Program-made: the position numbers and the translations under genes | Notes under the pieces: model-generated | What the model was told of the DNA's origin: nothing | The model's database searches: none | What the model saw: the letters and a program-made list of their open reading frames with translations, nothing else | Shown: positions 52,701 to 64,000 of the stretch, in pieces | How the letters are laid out: each line of letters starts with the position of its first letter | How positions within the stretch are numbered: the stretch's first letter is position 1 | Origin: Phoronis australis | Taxonomy: Eukaryota > Animalia > Phoronida | DNA: 64,000 bases | Direction of reading: 5' to 3' | Assembly (NCBI GenBank): GCA_002633005.1 | Contig: NMRA01000356.1 | Coordinates: forward strand, 319,961 to 383,960

Positions 52701-52799
52701 GTTTCTTCACCAAAAGCCCCATGGTGATACTTACCTTCCAACATCGTCGTAACACACTTCTGTATGTCCTTCACTATGAGCAAATCTATTATTCTGCAT
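28758..52799 (-). CDS. WDHD1: WD repeat and HMG-box DNA-binding protein 1 (AND-1 / Ctf4), ~1078 aa, complete
   Basis: 24 phase-consistent GT-AG exons: 52799-52735, 48934-48823, 48059-47908, 47096-46988, 46100-46000, 45680-45632, 45359-45267, 44758-44652, 44190-44052, 43702-43525, 43235-43060, 42549-42359, 41440-41359, 40360-40195, 39587-39364, 38771-38710, 38132-38018, 37554-37423, 36531-36302, 35798-35612, 34792-34679, 30814-30699, 30284-30149, 28958-28758. Hallmarks: RFAHSEGHTEVCYD, LLTCGSDGDLRIW, GHEAPVLSV (WD40); PFQPGSSP..RFMVWNSVGI, IDIEFHD, LSWLGFSAEG, YPPTLPRP (SepB/Ctf4); NPFK; HMG box KPVSAFTLWLDDNR; C-terminus NSKLAGFKFDKN*. Confidence 0.97.
31118..31453. repeat. Tandem repeat, 56-bp unit x6
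   Basis: CACTGTAACCAATAGAATTTTATCAGCTTGCTGCAATA(A/G)GCTGAGGATACATTGA(A/G) starting at 31118, 31174, 31230, 31286, 31342 and 31398. Confidence 0.95.
31667..33433. mobile_element. Kolobok-like DNA transposon, non-autonomous derivative
   Basis: Perfect 15-bp TIR AGGAGAATGCCACCC / GGGTGGCATTCTCCT with TTAA on both sides (31663-31666, 33434-33437). RR..YY termini with a TTAA TSD are the Kolobok signature. THAP-like remnant on + and YQFEPEYSDEE remnant on -. Confidence 0.82.
32290..32519 (+). mobile_element. tRNA-derived SINE (copy 1)
   Basis: A-box TGGCCTGGTTGG and B-box GGTTCGAGTCC, followed by a ~160-bp body. A closely similar copy lies at 61985-62214 on the minus strand. Confidence 0.85.
35247..35450. 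repeat. Tandem repeat, ~35-bp unit, about 6 copies
   Basis: ACACTGGGATATTGTAATGACTCACACAAGAATGT repeated. Confidence 0.9.
36707..36785. repeat. Tandem repeat, 18-bp unit, about 4 copies
   Basis: (C/T)ATACATAACCTTAGCCC repeated. Confidence 0.9.
38939..39046. repeat. Tandem repeat, 35-bp unit, about 3 copies
   Basis: TAATTCCCATATAAGTGGCCACACGTGGCGTGTTC repeated. Confidence 0.9.
40720..41204. mobile_element. Tc1/mariner (pogo/Tigger-like) MITE
   Basis: TA|CCGTATTCGCCCTAATAAGCACCC ... GGGCGCTTACTAGGGCGAATGCGG|TA: 24-bp imperfect TIR with a TA TSD. Confidence 0.85.
41792..42042. repeat. Tandem repeat, 32-bp unit, about 8 copies
   Basis: CAGCAAGGGGACGTGTTGAGACCAATTTATAT repeated, degenerate at both ends. 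Confidence 0.92.
51482..51960 (+). mobile_element. HINE/DINE-1-like (Helentron-associated) repeat, related to 63442-64000
   Basis: Starts TTTTTATGCGCCAACATATGTGGGCGCATTATGCC..CCGTCTG..CGTCCATCTGTC..CCGCTGCTCTATCTCCAAAACC, shared with the copy at 63442. The family assignment and 3' end are inferred. Confidence 0.55.
51976..52508 (-). mobile_element. TRIM (miniature non-autonomous LTR retrotransposon) with tRNA-like Pol III boxes in its LTRs, Helenus-like
   Basis: Direct repeats 51976-52127 and 52362-52508 with TG..CA ends and a CTAG TSD (51972-51975, 52509-52512). On the minus strand: PBS TGGCGTAGTCGGCA (52359-52346), complementary to the tRNA-Ser 3' end, and a polypurine tract (52140-52128) next to the 3' LTR. 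Each LTR has A-box TAGCTGAATGG and B-box GGTTCGATCC. Confidence 0.93.
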
Positions 52800-52863
52800 A
52801 CTATAAAATGTTTGACTTTTAAAAACAAGTCACGTTTTTGTTGACAATCTGATCAACAATATC

Positions 52864-52929
52864 GCGCGAAACTTCCTTCGGAATTCCGCGCCAAATAAAG
52901 GGCTGTCGACAATTCTCTAATGTGATTGG
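52864..52929 (-). promoter_or_regulatory. WDHD1 proximal promoter: two E2F sites and a CCAAT box
   Basis: Minus-strand TTTCGCGC (52871-52864), TTTGGCGC (52895-52888) and CCAAT (52929-52925), 65-130 bp upstream of the ATG. This is the usual arrangement for S-phase genes. Confidence 0.7.
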
Positions 52930-55498
52930 CTTACGTCCCAGGCAATTTATCAGCAGTCTCTCATTTCCACACCAGTTCAAAAGACCGTTCGGTAACGCTA
53001 GGATCTCGCTAAGAAGGGGGGGGGGGGGGNTTCTCCGCAGCGGCTTTTACCCATTGCTGTATAGTGGTAAAATTAGTGGCAGGCCTCGTACAAGGCGCCC
53101 AAAGCCCACCGTATGACCTTGAGCATTGAACGTAATTTACAGTGCGTAGGCGCTACGTTCAAATGATACACTTTGTGATGACCGCATATTGTCCGGCGGA
53201 GCGATAAACTGTGGTAAACATCTCTGCCAGTACATCAGTAATGCATTAACCAATAATTTCAATCGTTCAGAACTAACAACACCACTGCGGTTTTCAGCTG
53301 GAAAAAACAACCAAGTAAGGTTTCGATTTTTAAAAATCGATGAACTAATAAGCTAAAAATTATAAACATTGGGTACGATTTTAAACGACCATGCGTACGT
53401 ATTGATATACTCGCGGGTGGATTTACAAACGCTGATCAGGGTTAACTTGCAATATGGATTATTCTTTTGATATTCTCGTTTAACCAGATTTTTGACTAGG
53501 GAACAGTTATATTTAACTTGTACCCACTCTTCATTTTTCATAGCCCTTCATCCAAAAGCGGAATATTTTATAATGCAATATTATTCCTATGGTCCTAACT
53601 TTGGACACTTTTATAGGGCCCTACACGTTTAATTAGGTCGAGCAGAAGACGTCAACCTCATTCAAACTCAAGTCAATTTAGTGGCGTTGCCGAATCCTGT
53701 ATAGTTAAAGCAACGAATGAGGAGCGGTGAGGTGTCTGGCTCATCGCAGAATTTAGAAAAGTAGTCGGGTTGATTCCACTCAGTTGTGGTGCACAAGGCG
53801 TGCTTAAGCTACACGACCATATTTATGTGGTTATCAATCAACAAATTGCAGTTAAATGTCACCAAAATTAAATACATAGTAGCCTACTTCCCTCAAAAAA
53901 TCCACAAATAATAGAGGTTACTATAAACAGTCAAAACCTAGCTTCGTTAAAACATTTCACTTTTTGGCAATAACGTTCGACGACTCTTTAACTTGGTCAG
54001 AACATATTAACTTGAATCTGGCGTGAACAAGACTTGTACAAACCTGTAACTGTACTCAATTAACTCAATAACTGTCAGCTTTTATTTGCACTGACCACGA
54101 TTTATTATTCATGGATCCACTGTCATTCATTTTTGGCATCGTAATATGAAGATTTAATGTAGCTGATAACAATTGCTTCAAAAACGAGCTTTAAAAATAA
54201 TCACCAACTCACGCTACTTTACCCATACAATTCCAATGTGTAAATTATTAAAAATAGCTCTGCTTGAAGACACAACATATCCTGCTTGAAAATGTGTTGG
54301 TCGCGCCTTTTGCACACGATCAAAGATTTTGTCCATTGAGAATATACTGAGTTGGTTGTCCACGGCACGGGATGCATCATTGACACAAGTCCGGGATTTC
54401 AAAACTTGCAATATCGGATGGTTAAAACAACTAAAATGAAACTTCGAGAGAATCCAGCACTGCCCGACTCTACAACACTTGTTGTGCGGGTTGACCAAGG
54501 CACAAAACGCAATTAGCAATCAGGCTTTACAATGATTGAGATGTTAATTATGTTGATTTAATTTTGTTCTTGTTTTTAAGGGGAAGCGTATTTTCCTACT
54601 ATGCACTGAAAGAGGTTGTCCCGAAATCCCTAGTATCAATCACTGGGATTGCAAATGAGGAGCTATATACAAAAGGTCAAAAGACACAAAACTAACCACA
54701 TGTGGAGAATTTCTCGCTTATACTTGTCACCGCTCAGATTCCCTTAGCACCAGACAATTTTTATGATGCATATTCAGCTATCCCTTTGTATTGATGTAGA
54801 TCTGAGCTAACGAAATGGAAAGGTAATAGCTAGCACTGTCTCAACAATGAAGGTTGTTATTACACCCAAATTGTTTTTCTCTGGCATTTGCACAGAGATA
54901 TAACCTGCAACTGTGGAGAGTAATTTTAATTTGGTACATTTTAAATATTACAAAATGACTAAAAAGTTAATTTGATGTGTTTATCTTGACCGAGGACCAC
55001 TCCCAAAAAATCGATATGTTTCATACCGGTTTTAATACTCCTGTCTACCTGTTTTTACCGGGAACGGGTTGATACCTTTTTATTTTATTTTTAAACTTGA
55101 AGTACCAAAACAATGATAGATTTTGATCGTAATCGAAGTACAGACGTATTTTCCTGGTGGCTCTGTCATCAATAAAATGAGTAGAAAAATGTCAGAACAC
55201 TTTTCTCCAGAGAAAAAGGTTTCCTCACAGAACTGATTACAGAAAAAAATTGATGTCGCAGATGGAGAGCAAAAAAGTGACGCCAAAACAAGTCAACGGA
55301 AGCAACAGGCTTGGAGGGACAGTGGGTCCAGACTAGCTAAACAGTTCCCGCAACCAGAAAAACGCAACCATAAACATTGAGTTAAAGGACTTTTGGAAAA
55401 TAAGTGTAACGAGGGAAGTGGTGTGGTCGTCCGAGGAGATGAGATAGTTTTGTAAAGGTATTCTTGAGAGCTAATAATGGAGAAGATAACTAACACAA

Positions 55499-56462
55499 CA
55501 GTGGCGGATCTAGGATGTCACAAGGGGGGGGGGGCCCAACATTATGTCNAGCACCGAATGGGGGGAGGTCGGGAGGGGGGTTTGCCCTCCCGCCCAGGAA
55601 ATTTTTCTGTTTTTACCTCTAAAAATCAAGCATTTTCCTTGATTCCTGAAATATTATCCAAGAAAAAAAGGCAAAAAAAAACAAAGAAACCGAGAACGTG
55701 TCAAATAGGAAAATCTGGATTTACCAAAGACTCGAACTCACGACCTAGCGGACAGAGCGGGCATGCGTTACCACTACACCACCACGACTTAACTACTATT
55801 CTGATACTAAAATACCTACTTGTTTATGGTCCACAGCGTTTGCGCGCGAAACCTAATTCTTTTTGTAATGCGTATTACACGTTTATATTTTGTGCCATCA
55901 ATTCTTAACAAATTTGTCGTATTTGAAATACTCTTCAAATGCCCAAAAGACCAAATCCATTTTTCGTGTTGGCAATAATGACGGGATTGCTTTGGAAATC
56001 GTCTTATGATAAGATTTGACAAAGAGAGTATTGCGCGATTCTGAGTGATTCACTGAGGCTTCGATTAAAATTCACAACTTGCCAGCAGCTTCTGTTTTTT
56101 CATCGTCACTCAGATTCCATTTTCTTTAAAAAAATGAAGTAAATTTTCTTCATTGCACAGTGGAGCAGACGACGGAAACGGAGTCGTAGTGCGCAGCGCC
56201 ACTGCCGGTCGCCTGGAATATCGCGGGAGAGCCTATACTTAGCCATAGCTCCGTTACGGATGCGCCGTGTTCCGAATTTGACCCCTGAAATTGGATTTGA
56301 GCACCCCCCAACACTAAAACTGCACACATTTAAATCTTTTTTCATCCGTATAATTTTAATTACCGGGGTTAATTAATAAAATCACCATTTCCCTACGCTC
56401 TTACTGTTTTATTTTTTGCGGTGGCAGCCAAGGGGGGGGGGGCCCCCCTAAATCCGCCTATG
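55499..56462. mobile_element. Non-autonomous hAT-like TIR element, similar in type to 22777-25536
   Basis: Ends CAGTGGCGGATCTAGG ... CCTAAATCCGCCTATG with poly-G/C subtermini. Shares GGGGGGAGGTCGGGAGGGGG with 22855-22875. No TSD was found. Confidence 0.65.
55723..55788 (-). pseudogene. Degenerate tRNA-like / SINE-head sequence
   Basis: Minus strand GTCGTGGTGGTGTAGTGGTAACGC...GGTCGTGAGTTCGAGTC has A and B boxes, but the acceptor and anticodon stems do not pair. Confidence 0.5.
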
Positions 56463-57638
56463 AAATCTTAGCCCGTAGCTCAAGAAATATCAGTGTTGCG
56501 TCTCTGCCAAAGGGACTCCTCAAGACGTAGGGTCAAACGGTACTAAGGNCGCTGGTTCCCTGCGAGCCGCTAGGTGGTAGCCAACTTAACGAGTATCTGT
56601 GGCACGCAGGGAACCAGCGAGAGCATAGACACAGACTTCTCTAGTTCACGTGGTTCAAGAAGCGGAAGCCACATGAAGACACAGCGGCTGGTCGGGAAGT
56701 GTGTTGCTTCAGCTGTTTGTTTTCGCTCAGTTTATTTGATGTCGTCGTAATATAGTGTTCCAGGTTTGTTGCCCTATCTAGTTATCATATGACGTATTTA
56801 TCTCTGATTTACTAGTGAACGAAGCGGCTGGTTGCGAAAGCCGAACCCGAACGGCCGAAGGCCATCAGTTCCAAACATAACATAGGCACAATAACACCAG
56901 GCAAATTTGGGTAATAGGCCTAGCCTACATCGCCACAGCCGCCGCAAAGCGAAGAAGGTCTACTAGATGACAAGCCAGGTGTTGCAGATAGCACCAAGAG
57001 CGTATTCAGATAGTAGTTGGCCATCGGATGGCTATCCTATAGACTTTCCATGTGCTTGAAGTTGAAGCTTTTTGAAAATTATGCAACACACTAGCAAAAC
57101 CATCTAGTCACGTTGCTAATAATGTATCATGCATAGAAGGACACAATTGGAGACCACTTATGTGAATCCCATGCAACTGTAACAAGCACTTAGGCAATTG
57201 ATTTCTTTCCGATATCAATAAAATGGTTGGCAAATTGAAATAACATTTTGCGAAACCGGGTCGTGAGTTTCCCTTACATAAACCAGGAAAACCAGTGTCA
57301 ATGTTAACTGTGACATGGCGCAAAGTAATGTCGCAAGTTAGTGTCAAGCGGTGGATCGCATCCACGTTGCCCTAGTTTTGCAATTACACGTATAGTTGAC
57401 ATGGAACGAGATACTTGGTCACAGGTCTACCTCAAAAGCTGGCAACAAAATTGACAACGCAGTAAGAACTCATTCTTTGTCAACTTACACACGCTCTGTG
57501 TCAACGCGCTCCATGTCTGCTGCTTCGGGTCAACTTTTGTATTGTAAACAGTTCTTTAGTGTTGGACAGCTGAGCTATAATTTGCATATTTGGACAAACA
57601 GTGAAAAGGAGATAATTTTAGTTTTGTCAGTGTATTTA

Positions 57639-57864
57639 CAGTAAAGTTTATTCAAATCAGAACATAATGGCAAAACAGTAAATTTTCAACAAAAGTAAAC
57701 AAGAAGACAAATTTAGCTCATTATTTGAAAACTTTATATGTTATGACTTCTGCACAAATACACCATGAAATTTTGAAATTTGTGGCAATACCGTGAGTGT
57801 TTGAGAATATAAAAATTAAAATTTTGTCCATGACGTTTTGTCAGAATTTGAAATATTTTTACTG
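57639..57864. mobile_element. Tc1/mariner-like MITE
   Basis: TA|CAGTAAAGTTTATTCAAAT ... ATTTGAAATATTTTTACTG|TA: imperfect TIR with a TA TSD. Confidence 0.6.
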
Positions 57865-58285
57865 TATATGCAGTCTGTAATTCACAGGTAATTGTTCATA
57901 CAAAGTGTTAAGTATATTTTGTTTTTCTCAAAGTAAATTGGTTGATCGTTCCCATTACAGTGTCATCAGCTGTACATCTTTGTCATCAGTAGGTGATATA
58001 TTGCATGGTTAAGTGCATGTGACATTTACTTGATTTTCTCCAACGTCTTGAAGGATATGAGACAACTTCGCCATGAACAGTAATTGAATTACTGTATCCT
58101 GTTGAGAATTTCATCCTATCATTTGTGAAACACTTTTTTGAGCATATGCACCGTACAGAATCAGTTCACACTCATCTAGGTCACCCCTTTCACCTCATAT
58201 TTACAATAGCATGAGATGTCCCATATTCAAATGGATTAATTATGTGATGAATATACAATTTGGGACCTTATTAACTCAGTTAAAA

Positions 58286-58764
58286 GGCCCTTTCATATTG
58301 ACGTAAACTGCGAAGTAAATTGAACTGTTCATACCGACTTTGCTAGTTAACGATCATCGAAGTAAACTGTAGGTGACTCTTGTCATCCAAGTAATTGCAA
58401 GGTAGGGCTTATGCATCGTGTGCACTCTAAGATTTTTTTAATGTGACAATTTGGGAACACTTACATGTGTTATTTGACACAAAACTTATTTATAATTTGA
58501 TTGGTGATTATTTGAGCAAAAAACTATTAGCGACGACACGACCCTTTAAATTGTTGACGATAAGTGTAGCCCCTGATGATAACTTCGATGGGACCGAAGT
58601 TGACCATTCATACTGCACTGCAGCATCGATGCTCTGCTGTTACATCCACCTGTTAACTGCGAAGTTAACTGGTGTAGTTAACTTCGATCCAGGACCAAAG
58701 TTAACTTTCATACTGACCGCAACTCCCCAAAATATTGTCGTGTCGACGTTAGTATGAAAGAGCT
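58286..58764. mobile_element. PIF/Harbinger-like MITE
   Basis: GGCCCTTTCATATTGACGT ... ACGTTAGTATGAAAGAGCT inverted ends, internal AACTGCGAAGT(A/T)AA repeats and TAA on the right flank. Confidence 0.55.
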
Positions 58765-59665
58765 TAAAGAGATGTATAATATTTATTATTACTAGAACTA
58801 ATGAATGGGGCTTGCATTGATGTTTTCAAAAATGCAGAACTGACTATGAGCGAATTCGGTGCAGGTGAGCCAAGAAATTCCCACCATGTAGCCTTATGCA
58901 AAATGAGTATATTATTTTTCCAATTGTGGGTGTGTGAAATAAGGTGAGTGTGCTAAGTAAGTAGAGAATTAACGTATCCAGCGCCTAAATGAAAAATATG
59001 ATTATTGGTTTCAACATCTTGATTTTTTGTTTCTGTTCAATTTTGTTATGTAATTCACTGTTTAACGTATAAGTGAACTGAAACAAACCCTCATATTTGC
59101 TAAAAGCTATGCTGTTATTTACTTAGTGATAAGAAATTTAAACTTGGACCCTTAGACACTTAATCTCCATTCACTTGGTAGTCGAGTCTTGTGTGTTGCT
59201 GTTATCAAGTTATTGCTGGTGCACGTGTACAATCTACTACAATTAAGATCTATGGTGAGTTTATGTAACTTCCACCTTCATACTTCCAACTATTTTGCAT
59301 TTTCACCCATTTGAGGGAGAGAACAATATTTTGAAACCTACGACATTGCGTTCCAACTCTTGTGACAATGTGGCACTGCAAACTGGCATTTGATGTGACT
59401 CGTATCATTTAATATTCTAGTTCGTATGAGTGGTAAAGCAAAACACTAGCGTTTTTGACAGACAGATGCTCTATCCGTGAAGGAGTTATTTACCAGTGGT
59501 TGGTGTGTTTCTACAAAATTCGAATGATTTTAAAGTGCAAAAATGATGTTCACTCTGCAATACACTGATGAACAAACACAGGTCTCCTTCCCCTACTTGC
59601 TGTGTCATTTTGAAATAAGTCGCTTAGCAACAAAAGTGTGCCAGCAGTTTTGGGGGTAACTCAAA

Positions 59666-59980
59666 CTACCAGTAGAAATGAGAAACCAGAGATACTAGTC
59701 TTTTATGTTTACAAGGATCATAGCTTTGAAATAATCTAACTACTCTGGTATCATCTGTTTTATTCATCAGCAAATTTCGGCGCACATCACCAAAGACAGG
59801 GCAGTGACGCATAAAATGGATCTCGTTTTTAGTTTGACCAATATGGCATATTCCACAAATTCCATCATCCACGGTTAGACCTGCTTGTCGCCTTGTTCCA
59901 GTGTAAAGCTTGTGCATTAAGCACCTAAAATGAGCAAGTATTTTCCTTAAGTAGGAATCTGAAAAGTACAGGTATTTTTC
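59666..59980 (-). mobile_element. Non-LTR retrotransposon ORF2 C-terminal fragment (RTEX/Proto2-like zinc knuckle)
   Basis: YLRKILAHFRCLMHKLYTGTRRQAGLTVDDGICGICHIGQTKNEIHFMRHCPVFGDVRR resembles the FR..H.L..E.GR...RIC..C....EDE.HF...CP.Y..R motif of LINE ORF2 ends. Confidence 0.7.
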
Positions 59981-61984
59981 ATACTATAGTTCTGTTTTGA
60001 TTGTGCATTAAAATCCCCAGCAAATTGTTTGCATTACCATCATTTTTGCTTCTGTCGAAAGTGCTAGTCAGTTTGTGAACAGGGTATGAAAGTGTTGGAA
60101 TGGTCGCACTTACTGTACAAGTGCAGTTTTGGTTTTTGCATCATAAAATTAGAATTCGCTATTTGCAAGATAATGAATACTTGTATTAGATTAGTCGCAT
60201 GCGGAATATTTGGGAGTATTCTTGTTGTGGACAAAAGTGCTGGGTTTGTACGTCAAATTTTACTGTGGTAAAGTCACTCAAAAATCATTGCTAAAATTCC
60301 TGGTTTTTCACTTTGCAATGTCTTAAATATGACACTGTTGTGGCCGGATGTTGGATTACTCCACAACTCATCAATATCATGTACAATGGCAGTTTTGATA
60401 AAGAATGTGAACGTTCTGGTTTTTTAGCTTCTCATATGTCTGGCTTGTTAGCAGTTCTCTCCACTGTCCTTAAACATTTTCATCCCTTGTGGGCAATAGA
60501 GAAGTGTCCTTTAAAATGCTAAGTAAAGCTGCACACAATAGACATCCTCAGTATTTGTTCTAACTTTACACTGCATTTGACTCTGCTTATTTGTTCAAGT
60601 TCAGTTAGGTGCTATTTTTGAGAAAAAATATGCTGACTCATCCCAACTCAGTGGAGTGTAAACATGTCTCTAATATTTGCTAGAGGTAAAATGTCTCCAA
60701 TGGCTACCTGTAGTCGGTCATCTAGTGTCAGGTTTTATTGACACTTACAAAGTTGACGGGGATCAGCTGACTCGGAATAAGTTATTACAGTGTGTAAACG
60801 GACTGACACGGCGCAAATTGACACCGCGGTGACAAAATTTGCCATCCGTTTGTGAGGTTGAGTAATTTACGTCCGAACATCTTGCGCCGTGTCAATTATA
60901 AGTCTAAACGCAAAACTGGAGCAAGGCGGAAAAGATCATCTCTACTGCACTTGTGCAATGACCTACATAGAGATTCTTTGTCTCTGCAACTCTCGTCATT
61001 TGTAAACCTGTGCATGTGCGATCCAGTCTCTCCAGCCTTTAATTTCCGTCTTGCCACGGTTGAGTTGTGTGTGTAAACGGCCGCTTGACGCGGGTCAATT
61101 TGCTTCGTGTCAGTTGCGCCGGGCCAAAAGTTGATGTCTAAATGGGACTTTGCAGCATGAAATTGAAATAGCTGGTGGGTACTAATTACATACTAGCTAT
61201 GCATTAAGAAAGTTATTTTTATTGGAATCGTATTCACTTTGACGGTTTTGAAACTTCTGCACTTTGTAGCAAAGTATGTGATATTTTGCTATTGTTATCT
61301 TTTCATTGACAAGTTACTGTATTCTTGTTTCAGGTCATAATTACCTGCTCATTTTTGCACCCTTTACCTGTAACCATTTTCTATCTACAATAATTGTTGA
61401 ATAAGAATGTCAAAACTACTTTGTATCCATTTTCATCAGGACTTTTAGACCAAAAAAGTCTGTACATGAGGACTGTTGATGTAAACTGCAAAGTTAGTTT
61501 ACTCATTGTACTGAATGAACCCAGAACACAAGTTATCTTTACATTACCTCTGAGATCACCACTAGTACCCGCATCTACAAATGCTTCTTCTTGGTTGAGA
61601 TTACATGTACAAATACCACAGCACTTGTTTCCTAGCATGCGGTGCCAGGACTGGCTTCTTTTGTTTGTGAAATAGGAACAGAGATGGCTGTCTGCTGTAA
61701 CTGGTGCTTGTTCATTCTTTACTGTTTTATTGATAGACACTGCCCACCACAACAACTAAATCTGTGATTGAAAATTGATTTTTTTTTTGTTTGAACTTCA
61801 AAAATTGGTTACCGTAGTGGCGTGCCTCTAGATCCATGGGCCTATATTCGAAATAATGCTTTTTTGCGGCCTTTTTTACCTAAGTAGTTCGCGAATTAGC
61901 GCATGTGCCTAAATTTCGCATATACAAGCAGTTCCGCACTGACTCCCATGGGCTTAGTGATGCAGAAGTACGTTATAATATAAA

Positions 61985-62214
61985 TAATTGCAGGCGGTCT
62001 GATACACGTTGTACCACACGTGCGCAGGCCTCGCATGTGAGCCCATTGCACTGATCACCTGGAAATATTTTTATGCTTTATTAATATATCGTTAAAACCT
62101 AGCTGAGTAGCTAGAAACCTGGCTCAAGGGTTTAGCAGTGTGACCTGGTGGGACTCGAACCCACGACCTCGAGTAAAGAAAGCGGGCATTTATCAACCAG
62201 GCCACACTGCCTCC
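61985..62214 (-). mobile_element. tRNA-derived SINE (copy 2)
   Basis: Reverse-complement match to 32290-32519, with A and B boxes and an AT-rich tail toward ~61972. Confidence 0.85.
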
Positions 62215-63441
62215 TCAGAAATACGTTAAGTACAACAAAGGATAGAAAAAAGAGAAAAAGCGTGCATTGCAACCTCTTTGTTGATGTAGCCCAAACATTG
62301 ATATTGTGTAACCTGCCTTAGCAACACAATGGAGCAGTGTGAATTGTATACACCACTTCTTGTCAAAGTGAAACTTGATTGGGGATGCCAGTCATGAGTA
62401 GATGCTTGAGTCACTGTAGATATCTCAAAATATCACTGGAAAAACATGCTTTCATAATTGTTACAATGAAGAATCGTGTATGTGTTCAGATAATAAATAA
62501 AATAGATTGCTTGTAATGGTAGAATGCAGTCAATATTTTAATAAAGTATCAAGTAACTCAACCTATGCTGTCATTGACCACACTTCTGGTAATAACCCTT
62601 GACACTAAAGCTAGGTTACCAGTCATACTACATTGAAGCATCATCACTCCATTGTTATATCCATGTGTACTGTCAAGTTGATTTACATTTTAACTTTGAT
62701 AAGATCAAAATTAATGTTTTTCATTTTGCCTTGACTGAAATTTGATTCATCAAAACTGACATATTGATTAACAATGTCCTCCACAACCCTTGTCTGCATG
62801 TATACCATTTATCAAATCAGAGACAGGTTTTCAGTCTGTGGTCTGTAGTGCGTTCCCATGTGAAATTGCCTGTAATAGTATTTTTTCCAGATAAAACTTA
62901 CATTGGGACACAAGTTGAGGAGATTCTGATTTCTAACAAACTTTGCAAGATCAATCTTGTGGATGATTTATTTGTGATGTGAACATTGTACATACATTGG
63001 AAATTTCAAGTCAGACTGATCTTGACTAATGTCAGTATTGTGGTCACTCCGACACTTATTACTTGGCCAAATTATTTTGCCAGGTATGTTGCTCTGACAT
63101 CATTTTTTGTTTGTTTGCAGTGTACAGATTGTGTTTTTCATCCAATTCGCACGAAATTCAAACACAACCTCTAGCTCTGAAAAAACTCTATAAGCCTATT
63201 GTGTTACGTTGTGATCAGATTCAAGATGGCAGACGTGACACCCATTTTGTTTTCAAATTCAGATTCAAATGCTCATTAGAGGCACAACTTTTGACGTACA
63301 TCACTTAAAATCTGTACAATTATTATAGCAGGAATATACTACACATGTGCCATAAACCATTATCTTCCAGTCAAAGGTGGCAGAAATATCGGTCACTCGG
63401 AACCTGTTTTCAAAATGGCGGATCTGATACAATTTCATCAT

Positions 63442-64000
63442 TTTTACGCGCCCACATATTTATATGTGGATGCATTATGCCGTCATCTCCGTCCATCCGT
63501 CTGGGCGGCGTCCGGCGTCCGCTGCTCTATCTCCAAAACCCTTTGACATACGGTCATGAAATTTGGAACATATTATGTTCCATTCATGAATGGGACGGCA
63601 TGTGCGAACTTTCGGACGGATCCGACTACCGGTGTGCCCCCTAGTGGCAATTTTAGTTTGTTACGCTTACGTTTGTATCTTCAAAAGTCCTGAACGGATT
63701 TTCATGAAATTTGGTATGTAGGCACCTATTAGTGAGATGACGCTATCCTCCCGTTTTCAGATGGATTCGACATAGTTTGCGCCACCTAGTGGTCATTTTT
63801 ACTGTTTTCGAGTCATGGCTGTATCTCCCAAACCGTTTGCAGGATCTTTACTAAATTTAGCATGTGTATTTATGTGATGTTGACAACGGACGATGACGAC
63901 TTTAGGATGATTCTGACTACCGGTATGCCTCTAGTGGCAATTTTAGTATTTTACATTGACCTCTGTATTTTCATAGGTCTTCAGGTGTATACTTTGTGTT
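63442..64000 (+). mobile_element. HINE/DINE-1-like repeat with ~145-bp internal tandem units (continues past window end)
   Basis: TTTTTACGCGCCCACATA..ATGTGG 5' hairpin, a CCGTCCATCCGTC tract, then units containing ATGAAATTTGG and GGATCCGAC...CTAGTGG(C/T)(A/C)ATTTT near 63618, 63763 and 63909. Confidence 0.65.

Noticed and set aside
54214-54519. 101-aa minus-strand ORF / possible Mutator transposase remnant (RTTSVVES..HPILQVLK across a frameshift)
   Set aside because: The resemblance is weak and I found no TIRs or TSD. A profile search would be needed.
61334-61755. Acceptor-like tttcag| and ORFs on both strands near 61.4-61.7 kb
   Set aside because: Splicing from the ATG at 59252-59254 gives a stop after about 20 codons, and the ORFs have no recognisable motifs.

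Overview
Intron-rich, AT-rich animal (probably invertebrate) genomic DNA with one 352-N gap (12869-13220). Exon chains were rebuilt by hand from GT-AG sites and codon phase; family names come from motifs I recognise, not from a database search. Four protein-coding genes are supported. (1) The 5' part of a minus-strand, apparently standalone methyltransferase of the OvoA C-terminal type, with a hydrophobic N-terminal anchor; it runs off the left edge. (2) A two-exon, 102-aa type I membrane microprotein, head-to-head with gene 1 and only partly visible in the ORF track. (3) A 7-exon IgGFc-binding-N-terminal-domain type I membrane protein. (4) A complete WDHD1/AND-1/Ctf4 with 24 coding exons and E2F/CCAAT motifs upstream, tail-to-tail with gene 3. 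The rest is transposon-rich: a decayed AcademX element, a hAT element with an apparent 5-bp TSD, a SINE-in-Kolobok-in-LINE nest, MITEs, HINE-like repeats and minisatellites. The most unusual elements are a 533-bp TRIM whose LTRs carry tRNA-type Pol III A/B boxes and the anchored ovothiol-type methyltransferase.
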